A stretch of 63,995 nucleotides of DNA, the filler included, from Octopus bimaculoides (taxonomy: Eukaryota): NCBI RefSeq assembly GCF_001194135.2. It is 8 parts of 7 records of this genome, joined end to end, with 100 filler letters (N's around TTAATTAATTAA, not from the genome) between each part and the next. Parts side by side here need not be neighbours in the genome. Positions count along the whole stretch, not along the records: positions 61,227 to 62,658 come from NW_026335319.1; positions 62,759 to 63,995 come from NC_068981.1; 6 more parts are not named here. The stretch is one strand, 5' to 3'. The notes below the pieces were generated by a model that saw only the letters and a list, made by a program, of their open reading frames with translations, did not search any database and had not been told where the DNA came from. The translations under genes and the position numbers were made by a program. Below are positions 61,228 to 63,995 of this stretch, in pieces. Position 1 is the stretch's first letter. Each line of letters starts with the position of its first letter.

Positions 61228-62130
61228 GCTTGGGTCAACCTGGAACATTAGAAGAAGTTACTTCTTTAAGGTGCTGTGAAGTGGGACTGAACCTGAGACC
61301 ACAAGGTTTTGAAGTGAATTCCTTAACCTTNNNNNNNNNNAACCTGAGACCACAAGGTTTTGAAGTGAATTCCTTAACCTTACAGCCATGCCCCCATCTG
61401 TTTTTGGTAATATTTTGAAGATAATAATAATAATGATAATCCTGAAATTTTAGGTGTGGGGGTTAGTTGATTACATCACACCCAGCCCCTAACTGGTTCT
61501 TATTTTATCAATCCCAAAAGGACGCATGGCAAAGTCCACCTTGGCAGAATTTGAACTCAAAACGTACACTTGTAAGAAATGATGCAAAGCATTTTGTAAC
61601 GATTCTGCTTGTTCATCNNNNNNNNNNNNNNNNNNNNNNNNNNNNNNNNNNNNNNNNNNNNNNNNNNNNNNNNNNNNNNNNCTTTTATTTTTCAATTTTA
61701 ATAAAAATGATTTCAAATTTTGGCACAAGGCCGGCAAGTTCAAGGAAGGGGCCAGTTTGTTACACCAACCCCAGTACTCAGCTAGCAATTAATTTATCGA
61801 TCCCAAAATGATGAAAGGCTAAGTCAGCCTTGGTGGAATTTGAACTCACAATGTAAAGACAGACAAAATGGTGGTCAACATTTTGCCTGGCATCCTGGTA
61901 ATGCTGCCAGCTCATCACAATAATGATAATCCTTTCTTACTATAGGAAGAAGGCCTGAAATTTGGTATGAGGGGACTAGTAAATTACATCAACCCCAGTG
62001 CGTAGCTGGTACTTATTCAATCAACCCCAAAAGGATGAAAGGCAAAGTCAACCTCAGTGGAATTTGAANNNNNNNNNNGAAAGGCAAAGTCAACCTCAGT
62101 GGAATTTGAACTCAGAACGTAGCAGCAGAT
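61228..62130 (-). mobile_element. Cluster of SINE fragments: family A head (61228-61400) and three family B copies
   Basis: Repeated gaaaggatgaaaggcaaagtcaacctc...gaatttgaactc reverse-complement blocks at ~61500-61560, 61800-61860 and 62030-62130. Confidence 0.8.
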
Positions 62131-62138
62131 GAGTCTTC

Positions 62139-62173
<35 letters not shown>

Positions 62174-62424
62174 TAATAATAATAATGANNNNNNNNNNTA
62201 ATAATAATAATAATAATAATAATAATTAATAATAATAATGATAACAACCCTACCTTTCCTATTTTATATCCTTCATATGTCCCCTTTTACTTTCATCTCT
62301 CTCTCTCTTTCTCTCTCTCCTTTTAAATATCAACTTCAACATTTTATTTCCCTTCTTTTACATATATATATATATATATATANNNNNNNNNNNNNNNNNN
62401 NNNNNNNNNNNNNNNNATATATTC

Positions 62425-62655
62425 CATTATTCTTGTACTTGTTTCAGTCATTTGACTGTGGCCATGTTGGAGCAGTGCCTTTAGTGAAGCAAATCAACCC
62501 CAGGACTTATTCTTTGTAAGCCTAGNNNNNNNNNNAGGACTTATTCTTTGTAAGCCTAGTACTTATTCTATTGGTATTTTTTGCCAAGCTTCTAAGTTAC
62601 AGGGATGTAAACACACCAACATCGGTTGGCAAGCAATTTTGGTGGGACAAAAATA
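62425..62655 (-). mobile_element. SINE family A 3' half
   Basis: tacttgtttcagtcatttgactgtggccatgttggagcag...cctagtacttattctattgg. Confidence 0.85.
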
Positions 62656-63995
62656 GAGNNNNNNNNNNNNNNNNNNNNNNNNNNNNNNNNNNNNNNNNNN
62701 NNTTAATTAATTAANNNNNNNNNNNNNNNNNNNNNNNNNNNNNNNNNNNNNNNNNNNNATATATATATATATAACAATACACCAAATAAGTAAAAATGAT
62801 GTCAACGTATTAATGCATTACGGCCATTTCAGGCGGCTCAATTTAATCGAAAAATGCATGCATTCCATCAATTTGAATTCCACCGCCATCTTCAGTTGCA
62901 AAATATAGGTTTTCAACAGATAGGATACACCTTTATAATTTTTACGAAATATTTCATCAGAACTAGAGAATGAAAGAATTCCATAATGTTACTATTTTAG
63001 CAGAATAAACTTAGATAGAAAAAAATACTCCAGCAACAATTTGGAGTGGCAGAAGAGGATAACAGTCGGGGTCATGAGCTACAATTCTTATCTACTCCTT
63101 ATCCGCATTAAAAGATCTAATGCCGGTATTATATTGCGTCTACAAAGAATTAAAACCGATAGAAGTTGAGAGTTAAGTTTTAGCTGCTGGTAATAAATTA
63201 AATACTGTGAGATATTCAGGCAAACATTGATTCACGAAGGCTATAAATTCCCTTGACCACATAAATAAACATATCTCAGAAGTCAGTCAGATAGTGGTAA
63301 ATGGTCAGAAAGTGGGAGAGTAGGGGTGACATAAACTCTTTTATTATCAGATAAGTAGAAAACAAAGGACGTCACAATAAGATCTAAATGGGCAATAAGG
63401 TTACAGATGGAAAGAAATATCACCAAAGCATAGCAAAATCTATATGTAATTATATTTTGTATAATGAAAGTAAAATTTTAAAATTTAAAACGGATATAAG
63501 GACCAGGTAGAATAATAAGGATATATAGATCAATTTAGGCACTAAAAATGAAGACTAATTTTGTATGAAATTGAAGCTAAAAAAATTTTAAGATGGTCAT
63601 GATAAAATCATTCACATAATGGACACAAAATACATTTATGATTCATCCGGGAAAGAAGCACACATTTTCTATTGATTGAAAACGAGGTATCAAAAGAAAA
63701 AAAAATGAGATAATTAGTTCTACAACACACACAAATATATCCTACCCACAGACCCCTACCTCTACCCCACCCTCAGCCTAACTCACACTCCACCCATGCC
63801 TTCCCCACCTCCCAACACCCTCACATCACACCACACCAATACCCTCGCATCACACCACGCACACACTACAACTGACCAACTACTTTCTCCCTTCCCCATT
63901 TTCACACTACATACGTCAAGATCACCAGCATTCTATCTCCCACACACAACCCCTCGTTCTTCGATCACCGTTTGTTATCTCCCCCTTTTCTTAGC

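Overview
AT-rich, microsatellite-dense, gappy animal genomic DNA. It is very probably octopus (inference from the SINE families, RTE 3' ends and extreme (TA)n/(CA)n load). Seven N44-TTAATTAATTAA-N44 spacers show that the window is a concatenation of at least eight assembly pieces, so adjacency across spacers is uncertain. No complete host gene is visible. Most listed ORFs are microsatellite or N-run artefacts. The window is dominated by mobile DNA: several tRNA-derived SINE families (labelled A, B, D, E here; names are mine), RTE, RLE-type (R4/Dong-like), CR1-like and Tx1/L1-like LINE fragments, Tc1/mariner elements, hAT and mariner MITEs, a Ty3/Gypsy pol fragment and Penelope-like elements (PLEs). 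The most interesting signal is a PLE system whose terminal repeat (pLTR) combines a tRNA-Ser-like Pol III head, an (AAT)n spacer and a minimal type I hammerhead ribozyme. It occurs attached to a GIY-YIG endonuclease fragment (56061-56947). It also occurs as a stand-alone ~520-bp palindrome with a 13-bp target-site duplication (46940-47485), whose fold-back apex coincides with a short native hairpin of the element. Several candidate host exons with good splice signals are also reported at low to moderate confidence (21502-22283, 27170-28695, 58335-58499). Coordinates of degenerate repeats are approximate.
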